A stretch of DNA of 64,000 bases from Amphiscolops sp. MND2022 (lineage: Eukaryota). The notes below the pieces were generated by a model. The model had not been told where the DNA came from. It made no database searches and worked only from the letters and a program-made list of their open reading frames with translations. Below are positions 13,730 through 25,600 of this stretch, one piece after another. The DNA lies in assembly GCA_964187785.1 (NCBI GenBank), contig OZ076409.1, positions 15,440,001-15,504,000 of the forward strand, given 5' to 3'. A program made the position numbers and the translations under genes. Numbering within the stretch: the stretch's first letter is position 1; each line of letters opens with the position of its first letter.

Positions 13730-13957
13730 TCAGGCCTTTGAAAGCTGGTTAAGGCCCAAAGGATCCTGAGGGTCAAACTTGGCTTTCCGCTTCCGTCGAT
13801 TCCGCTTCTTTGGGGGAGGCGGTTCTTGGGGAGAGGAATAGTCCAACACGGCTAGATTACTATTTTGACTGCGCTTTCGCCTTGCTCTCTTTCGGACTCG
13901 AGGATCCTCCAGAGTGTCAGTTGTTGGTTCGAGCGGAATCAATTTCATAGCTAGCAA
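13730..13957 (-). CDS. Small basic ORF/exon (copy 3)
   Basis: Translation identical to 17-244. Confidence 0.35.
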   Translation of the reverse strand: MLAMKLIPLEPTTDTLEDPRVRKRARRKRSQNSNLAVLDYSSPQEPPPPKKRNRRKRKAKFDPQDPLGLNQLSKA

Positions 13958-15817
13958 AATATGTTTTTGAGGTTTTCAACGCGAGACATAATTCATCCAC
14001 TCTGACATTTCTGGGGCAGCTGCGAGTGATTGGATATACTTAAACATGTGTAGAGTCAAAAAAACCTATATTCGACTAGATTATTGTAATGCAGTGATTT
14101 CTTTTACATCTGCGTACGTAATGTCTGTGCTTATGTAAAGTCGGAAACAATAGACATACGGCGATGCAAGTTCGTTATGGCGCAGGCGTTTACCACTATC
14201 ACGGAGCTTGAATAAACAACCGATAGCGTAGAGGTTGCGTATCAGACTCTGCTTCCAGTGTTTTCAGTTCGATCCCCTCTATCGATCCTTTTCTTTCAAA
14301 TATTGTCAGCGTGAAGAGCCTTTCAAAAGCTCTGGGTTATTCTTTTCTCTTAGTGAGTCGCTTACAACCACTGTTTTGCAAGATAACTTGGACTAGAGGT
14401 TACGTTGGTCCACAGGTTCGTTAGAGTGTTGTTTTGGTAGCTTTGGGTTCGATCCCCGTGGTGGACTTGGATGGGCACTTGAGTTGATCAATTTGAAAGT
14501 TCTTTCATTATTTGAATACGAATGCTTACTTTGGAAGCGGCAAAATTTCAAGATAGGGATTTTTGGACTCTTTCCAATACCGTTGTCCGTTTTTTGCAGT
14601 CTTTTCAAAAGTCCATAGCGTAGTGGTTGCGTAATAGATTTCCATTCCAATGTCTTGAGTTCGATTCCCTCGATCAAGGTTTTTTAAAAAATTTGTCCGC
14701 GTGGACAGTCTTTCAGAAGCACTGGATTATTCCATTCACTTAGTGGTGCGCCTAAAACCACTGTTTCGCAAGATATCGTGGCCTAGAGGTTGCGTGTTAG
14801 ACTCTCAACCCAATGTCTTGAGTTCGATTCCCGCCATCGATCTTTTTTTTAAAAAAATTGTCAGCGTGAACAGTCTTTCAAAAGCATTGGTGTTCTTCTT
14901 TTTCCTTAATGGTGCGGTGCGCTTGCAACTACTGTTCAGCAAGAGATCGTGGGATAGAGGTTGCTTGAGTTCAAATCCCTTAGTCAACTTTTATTTTACG
15001 AAGAGAGTGATTGTGGTTCAACAACATTGGCACCGAAGTTAAACCACGTTTTTTGACAAAATCGAAAAACCTCAAAATTATAACAACATTAGTTAACGAC
15101 AAATGCAGATAACAATCTTTGGAGGGCAACATGAATTACATCATGGTTTTCGCGGACGCCTTTTCTATAGGCTATGTCTATTTTTTCCATCTTTTCACTT
15201 TGATCTACTTTGCAACAGTGTCACCGAAGTTAAAACTCACTTTGTTACAAAAAGAATATAAGGAATAACTCAGTGAAGTTCTCAAAGAACGCGGCAAAAC
15301 TTTCTTCGTGAGGGTTTTTCTTACGCTTTTTCCAGTGGTGCTCTCCAATTTTTCACATCTTTTCAATTTAAAACACTTTGCAAAACTTTCACCAAAGTTA
15401 AACCACGTTTCTTGACAAAAAAAGCTACAACAGCGTAGGAGTTTCCGTGGACGCTCTCTCCAAAGTTGTAGTCTATTTTTTTCCGTCTTTTTAACTTGAC
15501 TAACTTTCGAAGTAAGTTGAAACCTGTTTGTGTTCACTATCATATTTTATTAAATTGAAATCAAGGGTCAATGGTGCAGAGGTTGTGTACTAGGCTCTCA
15601 TAACAATCGCTTGAGTTCGAAACCCTCAATCAACTTTTTTTTTCGGAGAATGCGATCGTGATTCTGGAACATTGTCTGCGAAGTTAAACCACGTTTTTTG
15701 ATAAAGTCGATAAAGTCCACGAATTCAAGTGCAGACTTCATTGTTTAATGCAATTTTTTGTTACTTAGATAAAGTTTCAGAAGTGGGCGCCAGCCCGAAG
15801 GCTGGCTTTGTTACCAC

Positions 15818-16045
15818 TCAGGCCTTTGAAAGCTGGTTAAGGCCCAAAGGATCCTGAGGGTCAAACTTGGCTTTCCGCTTCCGTCGATTCCGCTTCTTTG
15901 GGGGAGGCGGTTCTTGGGGAGAGGAATAGTCCAACACGGCTAGATTACTATTTTGACTGCGCTTTCGCCTTGCTCTCTTTCGGACTCGAGGATCCTCCAG
16001 AGTGTCAGTTGTTGGTTCGAGCGGAATCAATTTCATAGCTAGCAA
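15818..16045 (-). CDS. Small basic ORF/exon (copy 4)
   Basis: Translation identical to 17-244. Confidence 0.35.
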   Translation of the reverse strand: MLAMKLIPLEPTTDTLEDPRVRKRARRKRSQNSNLAVLDYSSPQEPPPPKKRNRRKRKAKFDPQDPLGLNQLSKA

Positions 16046-16305
16046 AATATGTTTTTGAGGTTTTCAACGCGAGACATAATTCATCCACTCTGACATTTCT
16101 GGGGCAGCTGCGAGTGATTGGGTATACTTAAACATGTGTAGAGTCAAAAAAACCTATATTCGACTAGATTATTGTAATGCAGTGATTTCTTTTACATCTG
16201 CGTACGTAATGTCTGTGCTTATGTAAAGTCGGAAACAATAGACATACGGGCGATGCAAGTTCGTTATGGCGCAGGCGTTTACCACTATCACGGAGCTTGA
16301 ATAAA

Positions 16306-19300
16306 CAACCGATAGCGTAGAGGTTGCGTATCAGACTCTGCTTCCAGTGTTTTCAGTTCGATCCCCTCTATCGATCCTTTTCTTTCAAATATTGTCAGCG
16401 TGAAGAGCTTTTCAAAAGCTCTGGGTTATTCTTTTCTCGTAGTGAGTCGCTTACAACCACTGTTTTGCAAGATAACTTGGACTAGAGGTTACGTTGGTCC
16501 ACAGGTTCGTTAGAGTGTTGTTTTGGTAGCTTTGGGTTCGATCCCCGTGGTGGACTTGGATGGGCACTTGAGTTGATCAATTTGAAAGTTCTTTCATTAT
16601 TTGAATACGAATGCTTACTTTGGAAGCGGCAAAATTTCAAGATAGGGATTTTTGGACTCTTTCCAATACCGTTGTCCGTTTTTTGCAGTCTTTTCAACAG
16701 TCAATGGCGTAGTGGTTGCGTGTTAGATTTCCATTCCAATGTCTTGAGTTCGATTCCCTCAATCAAATTTTTCATAAAATTTTTGTCGGCGGAGACAGTA
16801 TTTCAAAACCACTGGATTATTCTTCTCCCTTAATGGTGCGCCTAAAACCACTGTTTTGCAAGATATCGTGGCCTAGGGGTTGTGTTGGTGGTTAGGTTTG
16901 GTTTAGCGTTTTTCTGGTATCTTTGGGTTCGGTTCCCGGGGATGGAATTTGTTCCGCACTTGTATAGATAAAGTGTTATCGCTTACACCCAACTTGGTTG
17001 TTTAATTCGACACAACTACCGAATATAGCATTATGAATTCGTCCAAAATTTGAATTGGAATGCTTACTTTGGAAGCGGCGAAAACTTCAGCATAGGGACT
17101 ATTTGAACGATTTTTCCAATGACGTTGTCGATTTTTTCACATCGTTTCAACAGTCAATAGCGTAGTGGTTGTGTGATAGATTTCCATTCCAATGTCTTGA
17201 GTTCGATTCCCTCGATCAATTTTTTTTCAAAAAATTGTCCGCGTGGACAGTCTTTCAGAAGCACTGGATTATTCCAATCACTTAGTGGTGCGCCTAAAAC
17301 CACTGTTTCGCAAGATATCGTGGCCTAGAGGTTGCGTGATAGACTCACAACCCAATGTCTTGAGTTCGATTCCCGCCATCGATCTTTTTTCAAAAAAATT
17401 GTCAGCGTGAACAGTCTTTTAAAACCAATGGTGTTCTTCTTTTTCCTTAATGGTGCGCTTGCAACTACTGTTCAGCAAGAGATCGTGGCCTAGACGTTGC
17501 GTTGATTGTCAGGTTTGTCCGGGTGTTATTCTGGTAGCTTTGGGTTCAATCCCCGGGATGGACACGGTTCAGCGCTTGAATTGATCGTGTTATGGCTTAA
17601 ACCCAACTTGATTGTTCATTTCGACACATACCGTATATAAGACTCTAAGTTCGTTCATTATTTGAATACGAATGCTGACTTTGGAAGCGGCAAAAATTTC
17701 AACATAGTGATTTTTGGACTCCTTCCAATAACGTTGTCCATTTTTTCGCATCTTTTAAACAGTAAATGGCGTAGTGGTTGCGTAACAGATTGCCATACCA
17801 ATGTCTTGAGTTCGATTCCCTCGATCAAGATTTTTTGAAAAAAATTGTCCGCGTGGACAGTCTTTCAGAAGCACTGGATTATTCCAATCACTTAGTGGTG
17901 CGCCTAAAACCACTGTTTCGCAAGATATCGTGGCCTAGAGGTTGCGTGTTAGACTCACAACCCAATGTCTTGAGTTCGATTCCCGCCATCGATCTTTTTT
18001 CAAAAAAATTGTCAGCGTGAACAGTCTTTTAAAACCAATGGTGTTCTTCTTTTTCCTTAATGGTGCGCTTGCAACTACTGTTCAGCAAGAGATCGCGGCC
18101 TAGAAGTTGCGTTGATTGTCAGGTTTGTCCGGTGGTTATTCTGTTAGCTTTGGGTTCAATCCCCGAGATGGACACGGTTCAGCGCTTGAATTGATCGTGT
18201 TATGGCTTAAACCCAACTTGATTGTTCAATTCGACACATACCGTATATAAGACTCTAAGTTCGTTCATTATTTGAATACGAATGCTGACTTTGGAAGCGG
18301 CTAAAATTTCAACATAGTGATTTCTGGACTCCTTCCAATAACCTTGTCCATTTTTTCACATCTTTTAAACAGTAAATGTCGTAGTGGTTGCGTAATAGAT
18401 TGCCATACCAATGTCTTGAGTTCGATTCCCTCGATCAAGATTTTTTGAAAGAAATTGTCCGCGTGGACAGTCTTTCAGAAGCACTGGATTATTCCATTCA
18501 CTTAGTGGTGCGCCTGAAATCACTGTTTCGCAAGATATCGTGGCCTAGAGGTTGCGTGTTAGACTCTCAACCCAATGTCCTGAGTTCAATTCCCGCCATC
18601 GATCTTTTTTCAAAAATAATTGTCAGGGTGAACAGTCTTTTAAAAGCATTGGAGTTCTTGATGGTGCGGTGCGCTTGCAACTACAGTTCAGCAAGAGATC
18701 GTGGCCTAGAGGTTGCGTTGGTTTTCAATTTCGTCCGGGAGTTATTCTGGTAGCTTTGGGTTCAATCCCAGGGATTGACATGGTTCAGCACTTGAATTGA
18801 TATTGATATGGCTTAAACCCAATTTCATTGTTCATTTTGACACATACCGAATATAGCATTATGAATTCGTCCAAAATTTGAATTGGAATGCTTACTTTGG
18901 AAACGGCTAAAACTTCAGCGTAGTAACTATTTGGACGTTCTTTCCAATGACGTTGTACATTTTTGGCACATCGTTTCAACAGTCAATAGTGTAGTGGTTG
19001 CGTGATAGATTTCCATTCCAATGTCTTGAGTTCAATTCCGTCTATCAAGAATTTTTAAAAATTTGTTCGCGTGGACAGTCTTTCAGAACACTGGATTATT
19101 CCATTCACTTAGTGGTGCGCCTAAAACCATTGTTTCGCAAGATATCGTGGCCTAGAGGTTGCGTGTTAGACTCTCAACCCAATGCCTTGAGTTCGATTCC
19201 CGCCATCGATCTTTTTTTAAAAAAAATTGTCAGCGTGAACATAGCTGCAATCAACTGTGGATGGTGCAGAGGTCGTGTACTAGGCTCTCATAACAACGGC

Positions 19301-20605
19301 TTGAGTTCGAAACTCTTTGTCAACTTTTCTTTTGCGAAGAATGCGATTGTGATTCTGCAACATTGTCACCGAAGTTAAACCACGTTTTTTGAAAAGGTCG
19401 AATAACCACAAAAATATGACAAACCTAATTAACGGAAAAAAGCCGATAACATTTATTGGAAGGCAACATAACTTAACTCAAGGAAGTTTTCGTGGACGCC
19501 TTTTCCAATGGCAATGACCATTTTCTTCCATCTTTCCAAGGTGTCCCACTTTGTGACACTGTCACCGAAAGTGAACCTCACTTCGTAACAACATGAATAA
19601 AAGGAAAAACTCAGTGAAGTTTGCAAGGAACACGGCAAAATTTTCACTGTGAAGGTTTTGAACGCTTTTTTAAATGCTGTTCTCCATTTTTTCACATTTT
19701 TTCACATTGACCACACACTTTGCAATACTGTCACCAAAGTTAAAATACGAATTTGGAAAAAAAGCTACAACAAAGTGGGAGTTTTGGTGGACGCTTTCTC
19801 TACGGTTGATGTCTATTTGCTTCCAAATGTCCAATTTGACTATTTTTGCAACCCTGCTCCGACAATAACACCTGTTTTGCGTTCACTACCACAACGCTGA
19901 ATTCAACAGTGGTTAATGCAGTGGTCGTGTACTAGGCTCTCATACCAACTGTTCGACTTCAAAACCGTTAGTTGAACCACGTTTTTTGACACAGTCGAAA
20001 AACCACGAAATTAGTCAACGAAAAAAGCAGAAAACTTTCATTGGAAGGCAACATAAAATACAGCATGAAAGTTTTCGTGGAATCCAAAGTCTATGTCTTT
20101 TTTTTTCCATTTTTTTCAATTTGACCCTCTTTGCAACACTGTTACACTGCAACACCGAAGTTAAACCTCATTTTGTGGCAAAATAAAATTGACGCATAAG
20201 TCAGTGAAGTTTCCAAACCACGCAGCAAAACGTTTACCGTTGGGGGTTTTTTGAACGCTTTTTCCTATGGTGTTCTCCAATTTTCCACATCTTTTCACAT
20301 TGACCCCAACTTGGCAATACGGTCACCAAAGTTAAACCACGTTTTTGACAAAAAGCTACAACTTCGGCAAGATATCGTGGCCAGGAGGTTGTCTTGAGTT
20401 CGATTCCCTCTATCAACTTTGTTTTTCAAAATTCTAATTCTCTCTTTCTAATGCTAAGTTAACTATCACATAGCTGCAAGCAACACTCGATGGCACAGAA
20501 GTCATACAAATATGTGTCTCTAATAAGAAGCTCATTTCAACTGTCCATGGTGCAGAGGTCGGGAACTGGGCAGCCACTCCAGTGGTCCTGAGTTCGAACC
20601 ACTCT
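16306..20605 (+). repeat. tRNA-like Pol III cassette array plus 5S-spacer-like repeats (copy of 505-4805)
   Basis: Duplicate at offset 15801; same A/B-box cassettes. Confidence 0.85.
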
Positions 20606-21576
20606 TTCAACTTTTTTTGTGCTGCAACTTTTTGAAGCCGCCTTGAGAGATTTTCATACACAGATTTTTTCCAATGTGATCAAGTTTTTTTGTCTGATAA
20701 TAAATTCTTTTAACGTTTTTGGCATATACAATAGACGTCTTCAATTTGCGTCCACATTAACCCAATATCATCTGTTTTCGAATGTAAAAACGCAATCTTC
20801 ACTTTATTCTAAACACCTAGCCCTTCATTGTTTTCCGACTACTGGTATCAAAATGTAACTACTGCAGACACAGCTCTCACTTCGCAACAATGAAAACGTT
20901 GGTAACATTATTCGATCTTGCGACCTGTGCCATTATGCACGTCTACATAGATCATAATGTTACCCAATGCGCTAGCCTAACAAACTTCGATCCACTTCGT
21001 TGAGCCGTGGCCCCGCTGTCGGATCAGTCTGTGAAGCTAAGGGTGATCTGGATTTGATCCCAACGTTTGAGCCATAGCCCCGTTGTGGAACATTCAGTGA
21101 GACTCCCGCTTTTTGCCGTTTTTATATCAATCAAGGCGTTACACCGTTTACGTTGGAGTAAAAACTAATTGAAACCAATTCTGATAGCTCTAATCAACTT
21201 TATCCAATTCAACTCTATCCAATTGGCGAAGTAAAAGCCCGCTTAGGTCTTTTTCAAGACTGGTTGACAGCTGTGAGCCCAGTGGGTGTTCTGGAACCTA
21301 TGTAGCATAAGTTAGTCGCAAAACAGGCCATCGGTAGTCCCGGCTAGAGTTTGCCTGATAGTGATCTGGGCCCCACGCTCTGACCCTAACGCGATGGAGT
21401 GAATTGTATGGATGAAATAACTTTCGAGCTAAGTTACTGAAGTCGCCCTTGAGTAAAAGTAATTTTGAACATTTCGATTGACCAAGTTTTCTTTAACTTT
21501 TCCCAGTCTAACAATACTTCAACCTACTATCAATTCTTTGTGAGTTTATTTTCCTTACATTTCAGACTCTCCAGTC

Positions 21577-22283
21577 ATGGAGCAAACTTCGTTTACAACT
21601 CTTATTGGTTCTGCAAGTGGTAAGCAGCTAACATCTATACTTTTACTCTCTACAAATTCCTCTATAGAAAACTCAGTTTGTTCAGATCTTATCAACGATA
21701 TAAAGAATATGGGGAAAAGATATTTGCACGAGCAAAAAGAAAATCAAAATTTAATGGCAAGTAAGTAAACATTTGTTTTTCCAAAAAATTGTACCATTTT
21801 CGAAACTTTCCATTCCATGCTTACTTTTTCAGAATATTCAAAACTGGAACAACAAAACGAAGGTGAGCCTATGTTTGGATTTATATCAACCAATATCAAA
21901 CGTCTAAAATCTATCAAAACGGTTTTAGAGCTGAAGAAGGAGCTGAAAGTAACACGCCTCAAGCTCGCTGCAGAAAAATCGCGCACGTTCAAATTGAAGA
22001 AAGGTTCACTATTGTTTTGAATACCCAATATTTGAATGAAATAAATGACATGACTCACATGAAATTTGTTTAGATTCTGAAACCTTAGCGACAGCCCGAA
22101 CACGTTAGTCATATAATTGTTTTTCAAAAAATCAAATTTTTGGAACATTTTGCTATGCTCTGTAGGTTCCTTTGTTTCGTGAAACACATCTTCCATAATA
22201 AAAATTAATGATGTCTTATTGTTTCAGTTTGCCTGCAAATGGAGTACAGACACTTCAAAAGACGACATTCAGCTTCGTTTTAA
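21577..22283 (+). CDS. Putative spliced accessory gene upstream of RepHel, unknown product
   Basis: Exon 21577-21760 (donor GTAAGT) joins in frame to exon 21833-22003 (acceptor tttttcag), giving a Lys/Leu-rich segment LELKKELKVTRLKLAAEK. Later exons (22074-22103, ~22228-22283) are tentative. Confidence 0.4.
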
Positions 22284-22655
22284 GATTGACATTTTGCTAT
22301 ACATTATTGAAAAAATCTCTTCAATGTGTTTTTTCCTTCGATGTAAAAAAAGGATAGTCAGTTTACAGCTGGATTATGAATAACGCGAGGTTTCCTTTTT
22401 TCGCATCCGTGAGGTAGAATACTTTCCATCAGTTAATCATAGCATTCTGCAGAGTCTGTAAAACGCAGTCAAAGTTTCAATTTTTCATACGCCTTATTTG
22501 CGTTTTGGTATTCAGGCATCTTAATGTATCAAAAAAGGTCGAGTCATTAGGACGGTGTTCGGTAATACGGAAATACTTTTCACAACTTGTCACTCTTTTT
22601 GTTTTTACAGCTTCTTATCTTTTTCAGAGAAAGTGGCTCTTCCATTAACTCTACA

Positions 22656-25600
22656 ATGAATGCTGAACAAAATGCTGAAACGGTAAGAGGACATCTGTTT
22701 CTTTGATCTCATTATTCTGGAACGACTTGTCAAAACAGTGTCGTTTCTTTTCAGGAAGTCCCTCGCAGATCGCGAGGTCGTCCCCGTTCTAGCAATCCTA
22801 GCATTGAAGCAGTTCAAAGACGACGAAGAAGGGGTGACGCGCAACCTCCGTTAGGCCTTCAATCTCTGTGTTTTTTAGCGGACTCGGATTCAGTTCTCGA
22901 TAGTTTTGTTGGCAAAATTGGGGACGTGATATGTCCACATTGTGATGCTTTTTTGTTCAAGCAAGAGACTCACTCAATTTGTTGTAATCGAGGTTCCATC
23001 CGGATTGATTGTTTCCCTGAACCTCCGCCTTTTCTGAAATACCTTTGGACTACTCAGAATCAAGATGGAGTTGTCTTTCGGAAGTATGCGAGGCAGTTAA
23101 ACAATTGTTTAGCTCTAGCTTCTGTTTATATGAAAAACCTAACTGCACCTGGCTCAAGGTATCAACCAACTGTAATCATTCAAGGTAAAACGTACACACT
23201 CTTGGGACCCTTGCAAGGAGAGCACAATCAGCCACCGAAATTTGCTCAACTTTATGTTCACGATTCCAGCAATGAACGAATACTAGACCAACGGATGAAA
23301 ATTCTAAAGGCATCATCTCTGTCTCACTCAGATGTTGTCATACTTCGCAACATTGTTGATCAACTCCAAGTAAATTCTTTACGTGATAACGAGAAACCAG
23401 TGTGTTTTATAAACTAATTTTTCCTTCTTTACAGATGGAATTAAGCGAAAATCACTCCTACATTCCCGACTTCCTCCAAGTTTGCCAATTTCCCGACCAC
23501 GCGGTTGAAGGTTTACAGTTTCATATCAACCCAAACAGAAGACCCCAGAACGAACATGCACGGAGGTACAACTTGAGTCTGAAAGAAGTTTCGGTTCTCA
23601 AAGACAGTGAAAGCAATGCTGATGCGGGCTTCGTGCTGCGGAAACGTGGGGGTGGTCTCACAACCATCTCTGAAACTCATAGATCGAAAGATCCCTTGCA
23701 TTTCGTCCTATTTTTCCCGCATGGAACAGATGGTTGGCATAATCAATTGAAGCAAAAGTACGTTTTTGATATATCAAATTGAATTGCGTCAATCTTTTTG
23801 CCAAGTTTTTGGTATCTTGGCAAATTGCTACGTCCCGTAAAACAAACTTTGGATACGCAGAAAAGAAGTAGTTGAAAGTATGTGTGATACTTTTTGACTA
23901 TCGTTGTTTTGTTTTAGCTCAGAAAGCTCCAAAGCACTGTCCTGTAAAGAATATTATGCATACATTTTGCACAAGCGACCTCCGACAGTGAATTACCTTC
24001 ACTTTGGAAAACGACTTTACCAAGAGTTTCTGTGCATGGCATGGTCGTCTGTTGAAGCACAAAGACTTATGTTCATACGCAGTCATCAACAGCAATTGCG
24101 AGCTGATCTGTATTGCAATTTGATGGACAATCCTCATTCTTCTGTTTCTGAAGGTGGCAAGTTGGGAGTCAGAAGAATTCTTCCACCGTCATTTGAAGGT
24201 TCTCCAAGAGATCGTAACAGACGGTTAGGTTTGTTTCAGTTTAATTATCTTGTGACGTATTGTTTTTTCCTTAATAAATATGGTTTAGGTATCTTGATGG
24301 ACTAGCTGTTTGTCAAAAGTTTCACAAGCCCGATCTCTTCATTACTTTCACGTGTAATCCCAAGTGGCCTGGAATTCTGACGAGCTTGAAAGAGAACCAG
24401 TTAGCTGAGGACCGCCCAGACATAGTAGCTCGCGTATTCCATTTGAAACTCAAAGGGTTGATTCAAGATCTGAGGCACAAAGGTAAAACAACACTTTTTG
24501 TACTAAAATCCTTTCCTGGTGAACCTAATTGTTCCGAAAAAAATTTTCTTTCTCATTCGTTTAGAAGTTTTTGGAAAAGTGCTCGCTATCATGTCAGTTG
24601 TGGAATTCCAGAAACGTGGGTTACCTCATGCACATATCTTATTAATACTCTCATCGGACGTTTCGGCCTTCATCTCAAATCAGTTAGACAGTATTGTCAC
24701 TGCAGAAATACCATCAGTTGACGGAGTTACACCTGACAGACGCGAGCGTCAGAGTAAACTTCTCACGTTGGTTCAAACCCATATGATGCATGGACCTTGT
24801 GGCTCCTTGAATGATAAAAGTCCGTGCATGAGCAACGGAAAATGTACAAAAAAATACCCCAAAAAGTTTCAACAACAAAGTTCATGTCTTGCTGAAACAG
24901 GCTATCCCATGTATAGAAGAAGATCACCTGAAAATGGAGGACATGTTGTGAGCGTTAAAGGGCACACACTAGACAATCGTTTTGTTGTTCCCTACAACGC
25001 GTTTCTTCTCCTCAAGTATCAAAGCCATTTGAATGTTGAAGTTTGCGCTAACGCATTGGCAGCAAAACATCTTTATCTGTACATCACAAAGGTTAGATGT
25101 CAAAATTAGCTAAGTGTAAGTTTCCTTTGACAATACATCTTCGATAGCTTTTGACGTTTTGCTTCACATGCTGCGCCAATTTTTGATATTTTCAAGGGAC
25201 TTTTCTCAATCTAACGTAATGCAGATTAATCTGATCCCTTATGGTTCCGTCCTTGATTTCTTTTCTCTTCTTTACAGGGGGGTGATCGGTCCATGGTTAA
25301 TATTGCAGATGACACAAATACCGATGAAATTGAAAGTTTCCGTGACATGAGGTCCTTTGGGGCAAGTGAAGCTGCTTATCGGTTGCTTGGTTTGGACATT
25401 CATTATCGCCATCCATCAGTGTATGCCCTGCCTGTCCATCTTGAGAGAAGACATTTAGTATTGTTCAGTGACTCTTCCAACCTGTCGACCTCAACAACTT
25501 TGCACAAGACAGAGCTGACGGAATTTTTTGCCTTCAATGCCAAAAACCCTTCATGTGTCATTAAATACTTGGTATTTCCTGAACACTTTATATGGAGTAA

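Larger units (their letters stand above)
10559..15801 (+). repeat. Higher-order tandem repeats of 3155 bp (10559-13713) and 2088 bp (13714-15801)
   Basis: ORF offsets 9458>12613>14701, 9962>13117>15205 and 10575>13730>15818 give periods of 3155 and 2088 bp. Confidence 0.9.

Noticed and set aside
505..20605. Functional tRNA gene cluster
   Set aside because: In the cassettes I folded, acceptor and T stems do not pair (e.g. TTGAG/CCCTC), so they are listed as tRNA-derived repeats rather than tRNAs.
505..20605. CRISPR-like array
   Set aside because: Sequences between motifs are themselves repeated, not unique spacers; eukaryotic context; no cas genes.
681..20858. Many 60-126 aa ORFs in the repeat arrays
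   Set aside because: Chance translations of the repeat unit with variable frames and stops, mostly non-ATG starts.
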